Positions 47,609-57,636 of a stretch of DNA of 64,000 bases are shown here, one piece after another; position 1 is the first letter of the stretch; each line of letters begins with the position of its first letter. A program made the position numbers and the translations under genes. The DNA is from an uncultured delta proteobacterium (GTDB lineage Bacteria; Myxococcota_A; Polyangia; Polyangiales; Polyangiaceae). The notes below the pieces were generated by a model. That model saw only the letters and a list, made by a program, of their open reading frames with translations, made no database searches and was not told where the DNA came from. The stretch covers positions 1 to 64,000 of the forward strand of contig CAWJCS010000005.1 of the NCBI GenBank assembly GCA_963841435.1. The letters are read 5' to 3'.

Positions 47609-48832
47609 ATGAACCGCACCCGATTTCTTTCGCTGGCGACCGCCAGCGTCGCGCTCGTTGTTTCCGTCGCGAGCTGCTCACAGGACGCCCTGGATAACGG
47701 CAACCCCGCATCAGGCGCCACCCCCGGCGCCGGCAGCGGCGGCGCCAGCGGCAGCGTGGCCACGGGCGGCGCCGGAGTCGGCGGGGGCTCGGGTGTCGGC
47801 GGGAGCCTGGGCGGCACCGGCGGCACGGCCGGCAGCGGAGCCGGCGCGAGCGGCCTGGGCGGCAGCGCCGGGTCGCTGCAGGGGGGCTCTGCTGGGCTCG
47901 GCGCCGGTGGCGCCGGCACGGGCGGCACTCCGCCCGGCGGGGGTGACGCGGGTCTAGGTGCAGGCACGTCGGGCGCTTCCGGCAGCGCGGGCGACGGCGG
48001 CGCGAGCGGCACGCTGGGGAGCGGTGGCATGGGCGGCGCGGGAGGGAGCGCGGGCACGGCCGGCACCGCCGGCACCGCCGGCACGTCGGGCGGCGGCAGC
48101 GGCGGCGCGGCCGGCTGCGCGTCGGTCAACCCTGCCGTCATCGTCCCGGAGTTCGACGGCTTCTACTGGGAGGGCACGTGCTCCGGCAACGTCACCACCT
48201 CGGGGAAGAACTGCCCCATCTACGACCAGGGCACGACGTGCCCGAACGGCGCTTCGTACGACACCACGGGGACCGTCCGCGACAAGACCATGAAGGTGAT
48301 GGGCACGGCGGGGGTCAAGTACACCATCAACTTCGAGGTTCGCGGCATCGCCGGAACGCGCTGCTACTCGGGCGGCATGGCGGCGTCCTCGGCGTCCCCC
48401 AGCACGACCAACCCGAACAACACCTGGTACGTCGGTGGCCGGCAATCGGGCGACAGCTGGTGGAACACCTACGAGCTGCACGTCGAGAGCCCCACGGTGC
48501 AGGGCGAGGCAAACACCTATTTCTTGAACGCCTTCCCCTCGAATCCCGACTGGTGCCAGAAGGAAGCGACCTACAAGATCGGCTATACGGCAAGCTTTGC
48601 CGTCATGGGTGACAGCACGCTTCGTTTCACCATCCACGATTCGAACTGCCAGGCGCAACAGAACTGCGGCCCCGACGAGGGCGCGAACACCTGTGCGAGC
48701 CCCCAAAGCGTCGATCTGACGGGAATGTCCCCTGCGGCCACGTTCACCCAGCCTCCGGTGAACGTCATCGGCAACAGCACCTACCACCCGCAGTGGCTCT
48801 ACTTCGACGTGAAGTCGATCACATGTCAGTAG
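47609..48832 (+). CDS. Lipoprotein with long Gly tether and Cys/aromatic-rich C-terminal domain of unknown function
   Basis: GGAGG RBS; lipobox VASC; high-GC coding bias. Confidence 0.75.
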   Translation: MNRTRFLSLATASVALVVSVASCSQDALDNGNPASGATPGAGSGGASGSVATGGAGVGGGSGVGGSLGGTGGTAGSGAGASGLGGSAGSLQGGSAGLGAGGAGTGGTPPGGGDAGLGAGTSGASGSAGDGGASGTLGSGGMGGAGGSAGTAGTAGTAGTSGGGSGGAAGCASVNPAVIVPEFDGFYWEGTCSGNVTTSGKNCPIYDQGTTCPNGASYDTTGTVRDKTMKVMGTAGVKYTINFEVRGIAGTRCYSGGMAASSASPSTTNPNNTWYVGGRQSGDSWWNTYELHVESPTVQGEANTYFLNAFPSNPDWCQKEATYKIGYTASFAVMGDSTLRFTIHDSNCQAQQNCGPDEGANTCASPQSVDLTGMSPAATFTQPPVNVIGNSTYHPQWLYFDVKSITCQ

Positions 48833-48953
48833 TTGCGCCACTCTACTCAGTGGTTGCGTCGTTGAGCCAATTGTAGTTCGTTCGGGCGGCGCCGTCCGGG
48901 TCAACGACAGGGCGGCGCGGCCTGCAGCCATTTTCCCAAAGAGGAGAAAACAA

Positions 48954-50430
48954 GTGTCTCCATCGCGACTCTGGGCGCGACTCGTCCGCCCACACCTGGC
49001 ATCCCTGCGCCGAATCGCTGCCTCCACCGGAGCTTCTCGAGTCGAGGGCCCTTTTACGAGCGCTCGTCCCGAGTGCCGTTCTGTCGATGACGCTGTTCAC
49101 GGCGGTGCAGGCGCGTGCCGAGAAGGTCATCTTCAAGGGAGACGATTGGGAGGTCTACACCGACGGTCGCATGGGCGGCTTCGTGAGCTGGACCTACGGG
49201 GATGGCTATCCTCAGAACACCTACGGCCCCGCACCGTATTTCGCCACCGTCACCACGGTCCAGGGTGGCGGCTGGCAGGGACCGAGCGAAAACAAGTACC
49301 TCTATCCCGACGGTGGCATGGCGGGCGGATCGACCCTGACCGATCAGGGCACGATCAACATGATGCGCGTGCGCAGCGGCTTCGTGAGCAACGTGCTCGG
49401 CTTCGGCGTCCGGAACAAGCTCACACCGACGACGACCGTCACGGCCTACACGCAGATCTGGGCCTACATCGAGAGCCAGAGTCGCCAGAAGAATCAGCCG
49501 AACCCCGCGGATCTCCGCCAGGGCTACGCGAAGATCGACGCACCCTGGGGCAGCGTGACGATCGGTCGCACGCGAGCGCTCTTCTCGCGCGGCGCGACGG
49601 ACATCGACGTGATGTACGCCCATCGCTGGGGCGTGGGCATGCCGGCGCCGCTCGACTCGAACGGTCCCACGCCGGGTCAGATCGGTTTCGGCGTGCTCGG
49701 CAGCGGCTTCGCGGGCGGCGTCATCTACGGCACACCGACCTTCGCGGGTCTGCAGCTCAACGCCGGTATCTTCGAGCCGATTGCACTGCCGGCCGGCGGC
49801 TCGTGGTTGCGCACGAAGTACCTGCGCCCCGAGGGCGAGCTCACGTTCGAGCAGGCCCTCGGCACGTTGGGCAAGATCGTGCTCTTCACGAACGGCGGGT
49901 TCCAGAAGGTCTACAAGCCGGGCGCGTGCATTCCGGGCAGCGTCTCGAATCCCGGGCCGTGCGACGCGACCGCGGCGGGCTTCGGCTACGGCGGTCGCCT
50001 CGAGCTCGGCCCCGTGCACCTCGGCGTCGCGGGCCACCGCGGCAAGGGGCTGGGGCTCACCTACGCCCTCGAATCGACGCCGGCTTCGTCGGACAGCCAG
50101 GGCAACCTGCGCGTGGCGGACGGCTACTACGCGCAGACGCAGTTCGTGCTCGGCCAGGTCAACCTTTCTGCGGGCGCTGGCATTGCGCGCGTGTTCTTGA
50201 CCACCAAGGACAAGACCAAGGTCGTCGATCCGAGCGACCCGACCGGCGTGAACATGGTGTACCCGGTCAGCGTCATCAAGTACCAGATGGGCATCAACGC
50301 CGGCGTGGTCTATCACCTGTCGCCTGCCGTCCACCTCGACCTCGACTACTTCCGTGCGACGGCCAAGTGGTACCTGGGCGAGCAGCAGATCATCAATGCC
50401 GTCAACGGCGGCATGATGGTGAGCTGGTAG
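48954..50430 (+). CDS. Porin-family outer-membrane protein; probable frameshift near 49050
   Basis: GAGGAG RBS before GTG 48954; the signal peptide continues in the +1 frame; VYTDGR, SGFVSNVLGFG, LRQGYAKI..PWGSVTIGR; terminal Trp. Confidence 0.75.
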
Positions 50431-50487
50431 CCACCGAGCGCGCGTGCCCGGGCAAGCGCTCGGGCCGCGCGCGTCGAGTTCTCCTCC

Positions 50488-53037
50488 TCACTTCGGGGGC
50501 GGAGGCGGAGGCGGAGGCGGGGGCGGAGGCGGAGGCGGAGGCGGCATCTCCGTCGGCGGGGGCGGATTGCCAGGCGGCGGCGTGCCGGGGGGCGGCACGG
50601 GAGGAGGCGGCGTGCCGGGCGGGATGGGCGGCGGCACGGGCGGCACGGGATCGGCGTCGTCGGGCTGAACGCAAGCAGCGAGATCGAAGAAGATGAACTC
50701 GAGCGCCTTGCCCGTGGGCGAGGTGGGCTTCGTGCTGCAGCCCGTCGGGAACCCGTCGTCGGGATCGGAGTGGTCGCCGCCCGTGTTGTCCGGGTAGCTC
50801 ACGTTGATGTGAAGATCCGTGAACACACCGCGCCCACACTGCTGGTCCTCGGGAGCGGTGATCGGCGTGTTGAACGTCATGTACTGCACGGCGGGGCGCA
50901 TCTGCGAGTCGTCCGGGTTCGACGGCACGTAGACCCAGCGCTGGCTCGGCGGGCCCACCACCGACACCGAGTGCTGCCCCTGCCGGATCAAAAGGCGCCC
51001 CGGCGTCGTCGAAGCGCCAGTCACCGTGAGCCACTGCGACATCGCGGCGCCCTTCGGGAACGACGTGTCGACGACGCCGTCGATGCCGTCGGCGGGCAGA
51101 TTGCCCGTGCCGATGAAGGTGGCGACGCTGGCGAGCGGAGCGTAGTCGCGCAGCCACAGAAAGTGCATGTGGTCGAAGAACACGCGGCCGCCGCCGTCGA
51201 GGTACGCCGCCATGTTCGGGTAGTACGGCGTCTTGAACTGGGCGAGCGGGCTGCCCGAGCCTTCGCACGAGAGCAGCACCATGTCGTAGGTGAGAAGCTT
51301 CTGGGTCGTGCCCCAGAGCTGGGTGGCCGGCGCGAAATCCGCGCCGCCGTTGAAGTGGGTCGCTCCCTGGTGATCGCCGTTCGGGTTGCCGCCGGCGTAG
51401 AGGTGCACGCGGCCGTTGCCGGCGTCGTTGGTGAACTCGCTGTCGGCGATGCCGATGCGGCGGAGCAGGCACTCGAGCGCGTCCGACTTCCCCGTGGCAA
51501 GGGCGATGCGCGGGATGTTGCCCTCGGCCTGTGTGCGCGGAAGCCTGAGGAGCTTCTGGTTCGGATCGGCCGGATTGGGCACCGCCGTGTCCGCACAGGC
51601 GGCGACGTTCGGGATGGTGACCTGACGGCGCCACTTGCCGACCTGCATCACGAGCGGGATGTTGGCGCCCGCGGGCACGCCCGTGAGCACGAAATGGCCG
51701 TTCACGTCGGTGAGCGCCGCCGTGATCGGCTGGCCCGACGCGATGGCGCCGCACTGGTCGCAGGTGGCCCCGCTCGTGATCGGCGCGAGCGGCGCGTTCG
51801 GAACGTAGACGATGACGTTGTAAAGCGGCAGGTTGCCCGCCGGGTCGTACACCGTGCCGCTGATGGACGTGGTGCCCGTCGCGCATTCGGGCACGTTGCA
51901 AGCGATGCCGGTGCAGCCGGTACCGCCCGTACCGGGGCACACGTTGGGCGTTTCGGCACCGCAGGTCATGGCGTCGGGGCAGGCGGTGCCGCAGTCGAGC
52001 ATGCCGCCGCAACCGTCACCGATGACGCCGCAGTAGCGGCCGCCACCTTGCGCGTCGCACGTCACCTTGACGCAGCCGGCGTCGCCGGCACACACGTTGT
52101 CGAGCCCGGCGCCGCCGCACACGCCGCCCGCCGGGCAAGCGCCGCAGTCGAGGCTGCCGCCGCAGCCGTCACCGATGACGCCGCAGTAGCGGCCGCCGTC
52201 TGCTTCGCAGCTGGAAACCGGCACGCAGCCGTCCTCCACGCAAAGGTGGGACGCGTTGCAGCTCTCGCCCGCCGGGCACTCACCGCAGTCGAGCGGGCCA
52301 CCGCAGCCGTCCCCGATGAGACCGCAGTAGGTGCCGCCCTCGACATCGCAGGTGATGCGCTGGCAGCTCGGGCCCGCCGCGCACACGTTCGTGACCGCAC
52401 CACCGCACACGCCGTCGCCAGCACAAACTCCGCAATCGAGCGTCCCGCCGCACCCGTCGCCGATGATGCCGCAGAAGCTCCAGCCGTCCTCCTGGCAGGT
52501 GAGCGGCACGCAGTTTTCGGGGACGCACACGCTTTTCGTGCAGACCTGCCCGGCCGGGCACGTGCCGCAATCGAGGCCTCCGCCGCAGCCGTCGCCGATG
52601 GTGCCGCAGAACTTCGCACCCGCGGGCGTGCAGGTCCCTCGCACGCAGCTCGCCCCGCCCACGCAGAGGCCCTCGTTGCAGGTCCAATCGGCCGAGCACT
52701 CGCCGCAGGAGACCATGCCGCCGCACGGCGTACCGAGGTCCCCGCAGTATTGCCCGCCAGGCGGATGACAATCGAGCTCACAGGTCTCGGGAGGCGGCGC
52801 GCCCCCGTCCGGGTCGAGCGTGATGCTGCCCGCCGAGGCGCCGTTGCCACCGCTACCGGCAAGCTGCGAGCTCCCACCGGCCCCTCCAGAGCCGCCGGAG
52901 CCGCCGCTCCCCGGCAGGAGCGGGTCCGGGGGGGTGGCAGCCCCACCGGCGCTGCACCCTGCCGTTCCGGCAAGGGGACCGAGCGCGCACAAGGCGAGCG
53001 CGAGAGCAAAGCGATAGGCGCGCTGAGCGTGCGGCAT
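50488..53037 (-). CDS. Large Cys-rich repeat lipoprotein with carboxypeptidase-regulatory-like domain and poly-Pro tail
   Basis: Lipobox TAGC; CGxIGDGCGGxLDCG repeats; ISGTVYDP, QVGKWRRQ, DALECLL, LEFIFFDL. Confidence 0.8.
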   Translation of the reverse strand: MPHAQRAYRFALALALCALGPLAGTAGCSAGGAATPPDPLLPGSGGSGGSGGAGGSSQLAGSGGNGASAGSITLDPDGGAPPPETCELDCHPPGGQYCGDLGTPCGGMVSCGECSADWTCNEGLCVGGASCVRGTCTPAGAKFCGTIGDGCGGGLDCGTCPAGQVCTKSVCVPENCVPLTCQEDGWSFCGIIGDGCGGTLDCGVCAGDGVCGGAVTNVCAAGPSCQRITCDVEGGTYCGLIGDGCGGPLDCGECPAGESCNASHLCVEDGCVPVSSCEADGGRYCGVIGDGCGGSLDCGACPAGGVCGGAGLDNVCAGDAGCVKVTCDAQGGGRYCGVIGDGCGGMLDCGTACPDAMTCGAETPNVCPGTGGTGCTGIACNVPECATGTTSISGTVYDPAGNLPLYNVIVYVPNAPLAPITSGATCDQCGAIASGQPITAALTDVNGHFVLTGVPAGANIPLVMQVGKWRRQVTIPNVAACADTAVPNPADPNQKLLRLPRTQAEGNIPRIALATGKSDALECLLRRIGIADSEFTNDAGNGRVHLYAGGNPNGDHQGATHFNGGADFAPATQLWGTTQKLLTYDMVLLSCEGSGSPLAQFKTPYYPNMAAYLDGGGRVFFDHMHFLWLRDYAPLASVATFIGTGNLPADGIDGVVDTSFPKGAAMSQWLTVTGASTTPGRLLIRQGQHSVSVVGPPSQRWVYVPSNPDDSQMRPAVQYMTFNTPITAPEDQQCGRGVFTDLHINVSYPDNTGGDHSDPDDGFPTGCSTKPTSPTGKALEFIFFDLAACVQPDDADPVPPVPPPIPPGTPPPPVPPPGTPPPGNPPPPTEMPPPPPPPPPPPPPPPPPK
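51960..52760 (-). repeat. Coding Cys-rich repeats (about 7 units of 38-41 aa)
   Basis: CG(T/I/L/V)IGDGCGG.LDCG.C six times plus one degenerate copy. Confidence 0.85.
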
Positions 53038-53201
53038 GATGACTCCTCGAGTCGCTCATGCGCCGGGGAGGCGAATCAATCGCGGGCATCTGCTGGCAAC
53101 GGGCCTAGTCCGCCCTCACGCGATAATTTCGTGAAAGGCGCGGCGCGGGCTCGCGGTCCCACACCTTCGCAGACCCGCGCTCGCGCGGGCGCTCGTTCAC
53201 C

Positions 53202-53579
53202 TCACGTCTTCGGAAACGGCTCCCGGGTGGCCCCGGGGATGTTCGAGGCGTCGGTGCCGCCGGCGAACTCTTTGCTGGCGGAGCTCGGCACGAAGGGGCC
53301 GCCCCAGTCCTCGTCAACGTCGCGATTGAGATCCTCGGCAAGTTGGCTTTCGCCGCTCGTCATCGCCATCACGGCCTCCTCCGCGAGCTCGATCGCGAAC
53401 GGGTCGTCGGACAGCTCCTTGAACATCGCCTTCTGGCCGTCGCTGCCATTGCGCCCCGTGAGCGCGAGCAGCCTTGCCGCGGGCCCTTCTCGAAGGTGAC
53501 CGGCATTGTCGAAAAGACGATGCGCAGAATGACCGTTGTCACGAGCCGCGCGCCTGATCCTGCCTCGAGTGATTCCCAT
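53202..53579 (-). CDS. Hypothetical acidic protein
   Basis: GGPFV...EFAGGTDASN..ATREPFP ending; coding-like bias; start uncertain. Confidence 0.6.
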   Translation of the reverse strand: MGITRGRIRRAARDNGHSAHRLFDNAGHLREGPAARLLALTGRNGSDGQKAMFKELSDDPFAIELAEEAVMAMTSGESQLAEDLNRDVDEDWGGPFVPSSASKEFAGGTDASNIPGATREPFPKT

Positions 53580-53917
53580 CGATCGCCTGCTTCCGATTGT
53601 ACCCCTACCGATCGATCGTAGAATAACCTCTGTCGCCCCTTCGTGTCTTCGGGATTTCGACGAAGAACGAATGCACACCGGTTAACGCGACTCGAAGGGC
53701 CCGGCACGCTCCTTGCTGAGTGGTCGTCAGCCCTCGAGTCAGTTTCCGTGATGGTGAGTCGAGGTCGTGCCCGCCCGCGCCGATTCGAGATCGCTTCTTA
53801 CGGGACCCGCATGCCCTCTCGACGCGGAGGCGACTTCGGCCTCCCCGCTAGTAACTTTTCAGCATGCCTCGCTCCGTGAAACGCGCTCGACGCGTTCGGC
53901 CGCCTCCCGCCAGCGCT

Positions 53918-55186
53918 TCACGCGCGGCGGACGAAGCTCGCGACGAAGTATCCGTCCGTCGCGTGAGCGCCGGGAAGCAACCGGATCTCGGTCGCCTCCG
54001 CACCGAATAGCGCATGGATCTCGGGAGCATCGAACGGTACCGGCTCGAGCAGTGAGGCCACGCTTTGCGTCACGGCCTCGGCCTCGTCGCGGAGCACGCT
54101 GCACACCGCGAAGACGACGCGCCCTCCGGGTCTCGCGCGGTCGGCCGCACCACGCAAGATACGCGCCCCGAGCTCGCCGAGCCGCGCCGGATCCCCCGGC
54201 GCGAGCCGCCTCGCGATTTCGGGACGCCGTCTGAGCGTCCCCACGCCCGTGCAAGGAGCGTCAACGAGCACCCGGTCGAAGCCGCCGGGCACGTCGCCGG
54301 GCCCGAGGGTAAAATCGACGGCCGCGCGCGCCGGCTCGGGCAGTCCGAGGCGCGCGGCCGAAAGCGCCAGGGCCTCGAGCTTGCGCGGGTGCACGTCGGT
54401 CGCGAGCACCTCGCCCGAGGCCCCGACGGCGTCGAGCAAGATCATGGTCTTTTGCCCACGACCCGCGCACGCGTCGAGCACGCGCTCGCCCGGGCGCGCG
54501 CCGAGCGCGAGCGCGACGAGCTGGGCGCCGGGCTCCTGCATGGTGAAGGCGCCCTCTCGGTAGCCTTCGAGCCGCTCGGGGTCGCCGCCGGGGGCGAGGC
54601 GCGCCTCGGGCACGACGCGGTGTCGCTCGGCGGTCTCGAGCCAGGGCGGCGCCGGCACGCGCTTGCTCGGTCGCACCCAAACCTGACCGAGCGGGACGCC
54701 AATCCCGAACAGCGCCTCCGCGTCCGCCACGCCGACGGCCTCGGTGAGCGCCGCGAGCAGCCACGGCGGGGCGCTATCGCGCACGGCCGAAGCGGGATCC
54801 AGGCGTTCGCCGCCGAGCTTGCGTAAAACGGCGTTGGCGAAGCCCGCAACGCGCGCCCCGCGTAGCCCCTTGAGCGCCTCGACGGCCGCGTCAACCGCGG
54901 CCCACGCCGGCACGCGGTCGAGCAGCAACATCTGATACGCCGCGACCAGCAAGTGGCGCCGCACGGCGTCGTCGGGCACGCCGCGCGGCGCGTGCGCGAG
55001 CAGCCGCCGCGTGAGCGCCCCTTCGGTACGCAGGACGCCGTAGCAAAGCTCCGACAAGAGCCCACGCTCGCGCGCGTCGAGCGCGGGGTGCCGATCGAGC
55101 ACGGCGTCGAGGGCCGCGGCCGCGAACGCGCCGTCGCGCTCGACGCGCTCGAGCACGTTGACGGCGAGCGTGCGTGCCGTGCTCAT
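53918..55186 (-). CDS. rsmB: 16S rRNA m5C methyltransferase RsmB/Sun (NusB + NOL1/NOP2 domains)
   Basis: ELCYGVLR, ANAVLR, VLDACAGRGQKT, VLVDAPCTGVG, AVCS, DGYF. Confidence 0.9.
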   Translation of the reverse strand: MSTARTLAVNVLERVERDGAFAAAALDAVLDRHPALDARERGLLSELCYGVLRTEGALTRRLLAHAPRGVPDDAVRRHLLVAAYQMLLLDRVPAWAAVDAAVEALKGLRGARVAGFANAVLRKLGGERLDPASAVRDSAPPWLLAALTEAVGVADAEALFGIGVPLGQVWVRPSKRVPAPPWLETAERHRVVPEARLAPGGDPERLEGYREGAFTMQEPGAQLVALALGARPGERVLDACAGRGQKTMILLDAVGASGEVLATDVHPRKLEALALSAARLGLPEPARAAVDFTLGPGDVPGGFDRVLVDAPCTGVGTLRRRPEIARRLAPGDPARLGELGARILRGAADRARPGGRVVFAVCSVLRDEAEAVTQSVASLLEPVPFDAPEIHALFGAEATEIRLLPGAHATDGYFVASFVRRA

Positions 55187-56859
55187 CCGGACAGCCCGCG
55201 CACTTGACCCGCGATCACGTCCCAGCGCTTCTCGAGATCGTTTTTGAACGCCAGCACCATGAGGGCGAGCAAAATCGCCATGCCCACGATGTGCGACAGC
55301 TCGCGCACGCGAAGTGGTAGCCGGCGCCTGAGCACGCCCTCGATGGCGAGGAAAAACAGGTGGCCCCCGTCGAGGACGGGAATCGGCAACAGGTTGAAGA
55401 GCCCCAGATTGATGCTGATGACCGCCATGGCCCAGACGAAGTAGTCGGCGCCCTTGCGGCCTTCCTCGCCGGCCACCTGGTAGATCGTGATCGGACCCGA
55501 CAGCGATTTCAGGCTGATCCTGCCCTCGACGAGCCTCACGAGCCCGACGAGCACGAGGCGCGTGACGCTGACCGTCTCCTCGGCGGCCTTCGAGAGCGCG
55601 TAGCGAACGGGTGCGGGGTGGCTCACGCGCTCCTCCGGGGCGACGGGAGCCCAGTGCTGGATCGGCAGCACGTAGCGCGCGAAGGTCTGACCGTGCTCGT
55701 CGGTGAAATCCTCGCGACGCATCTGGAACTTGCCGTAGCGCACGCGCCCGTCGCGTGCCGACAGGTAGTCGACGCGGTGCTGTCGATCGGGCGCCGTGAA
55801 CACGCGCTCGCGGAACGTGGACCAGGCGCCGACCGGCTCGTCGTCGAGCTTCAAAATCTTGTCGCCGGGCCTGAGCCCTGCGCGGTGCAAGTAGGAGTCT
55901 GCGGGCACGATCGACACGTAAAGGTCGGCCAGATCGATGCCCGTACGTTCGAGCAGCGTGTTGCCGTTCGGATCGGGCGTGAGGGCGACGACGCCCGCTT
56001 CGAAGACGGCCATGTCGGCGAGCCCCCCGAGCGCGTCGGGCACCTCGGCGGGGCGAAGATAGGTGACGGGCAGCGTCTCCCCGACGTCGGAGCCGAACGC
56101 GTCGTCGAGGTCCATGAAGCGCCGCACGGTACGGCCGCCCACGCTCGTGATGACATCGAAGGTGCGCAGGCCCGCGCGGTACGCCGGCGATTCGGGATTG
56201 GACACGCCGATGACCGGCGCGGGAGCGCTCGGCTGGATGCCGACCGTCCCGATGCGCTCGGTGATCTCGAAATTGCGGCGCTCCGTGGAGTCCTCGACGG
56301 GCACGTCGACGTTGACGTGCCGGTTGTCGCGGAACACGACGAAACGCAGCGTCTTGCCGGGGTTCTTCGAGATGATGCGCTTGACCTCGTCGAAGGTCCC
56401 GACCTCCTCCCCGCTCACCGACATGATGCGATCGCCGGGGAAAAGCTTGCCTTCCGCCGGGTGGCGCGGCAAGACGACGCCGACCGTCGGCGGCAGGAAC
56501 GGCCCGTCGCCCACGAACACCGAGAAGTAGAGCAAGACGGGGAAGACCAGATTCATGGCCGGCCCCGCGAGCACGACGAGCACCCGTTTGAACGCCGAGA
56601 GCGACTCGAAGGTGCGCTTCCGATCCTCCGGCAGCACGAGGTCGTTCTTCGACTCTTCCAACATGCGCACGTAGCCGCCGAGCGGCAACAGCGACACGCA
56701 GTATTCGGTCTCGCGGCCGCGCAGCTTGATGATCTTCGGACCGAAGCCGAGACTGAAGGTGATCACCTTCACGCCGAAAGCCTTGGCGAAGAGGAAGTGG
56801 CCGAGCTCGTGAACGAGGATCAGCGAGCTTACCAGGATGATGAAATAGACGAAATCCAT
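55183..56859 (-). CDS. rseP: RIP metalloprotease RseP with multiple PDZ domains
   Basis: HELGH, LPLGGYVRM, AGPAMN, SGPITI, NLLPIPVLDGG. Confidence 0.93.
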   Translation of the reverse strand: MDFVYFIILVSSLILVHELGHFLFAKAFGVKVITFSLGFGPKIIKLRGRETEYCVSLLPLGGYVRMLEESKNDLVLPEDRKRTFESLSAFKRVLVVLAGPAMNLVFPVLLYFSVFVGDGPFLPPTVGVVLPRHPAEGKLFPGDRIMSVSGEEVGTFDEVKRIISKNPGKTLRFVVFRDNRHVNVDVPVEDSTERRNFEITERIGTVGIQPSAPAPVIGVSNPESPAYRAGLRTFDVITSVGGRTVRRFMDLDDAFGSDVGETLPVTYLRPAEVPDALGGLADMAVFEAGVVALTPDPNGNTLLERTGIDLADLYVSIVPADSYLHRAGLRPGDKILKLDDEPVGAWSTFRERVFTAPDRQHRVDYLSARDGRVRYGKFQMRREDFTDEHGQTFARYVLPIQHWAPVAPEERVSHPAPVRYALSKAAEETVSVTRLVLVGLVRLVEGRISLKSLSGPITIYQVAGEEGRKGADYFVWAMAVISINLGLFNLLPIPVLDGGHLFFLAIEGVLRRRLPLRVRELSHIVGMAILLALMVLAFKNDLEKRWDVIAGQVRGLSG

Positions 56860-56921
56860 CCGCTCGCGCGCGGCCAGCCTAGCACGCGAGAGGGGGCCTC
56901 GCCGTGATACCCTCGGGGCCA

Positions 56922-57383
56922 ATGGGCGCCCCGAAACATTCGAGCGAGTCGCGCGTGACGCTGCATCAGCTGATGCTGCCGGAGCACGCCAATGCGCACG
57001 GCAACGTCCACGGCGGCGTGATCATGCGCATGGTGGACGAGGCGGGGGCGATCGTGGCGATGCGCCACGCGCGCATGCCGTGCGTCACGATCTCGATCGA
57101 TTCGATGACGTTCCGCCAGCCGGTTCACCTCGGCGAGCTCCTGATTTGCGACGCTCACGTCACGTGGATCGGCAAGAGCGCGATCGAGGTCGGCGTCAAC
57201 GTGCACGCCGAGAACCCGATCACCGGCGTCGTCAGCCACACGAACTCGGCGTTCGTCGTGTACGTCGCACTCGGTCCCGATGGGCGCCCGTCACCCGCGG
57301 CGCCGCTCGAGTTGCGCGACGACGACGAGCGGCGCGCCTTCGAGGACGGCAAAGCGCGACAGGCGCATCGCGTGGGGCGCTAG
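56922..57383 (+). CDS. Acyl-CoA thioesterase (hotdog fold)
   Basis: ANAHGNVHGG..MRMVDEAG, FRQPVHLG, FVVYVAL. Confidence 0.92.
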   Translation: MGAPKHSSESRVTLHQLMLPEHANAHGNVHGGVIMRMVDEAGAIVAMRHARMPCVTISIDSMTFRQPVHLGELLICDAHVTWIGKSAIEVGVNVHAENPITGVVSHTNSAFVVYVALGPDGRPSPAAPLELRDDDERRAFEDGKARQAHRVGR

Positions 57384-57636
57384 CACTACTGTCAGAGTCT
57401 TGGAGGAACAGATCACGATCCGGCAGAGAGAACATGAGCCACGAAAGCAACTGGCGCGGCCAGCGGGCGGCCGTCTTCGAGCACGAAATGGACGCAAGAC
57501 GTGGGCGCCGCCGTCCGAAAGGTTCGCCGCTCGCCAATCTGCGAATTTCTCGAAGGAAACGCGAATCTCTGACAGTAGTGCTAGTCCCAACGGGCGGCTC
57601 TCGGACGGGAGTCGATGCGTATCGGCGTGAGTCGCA

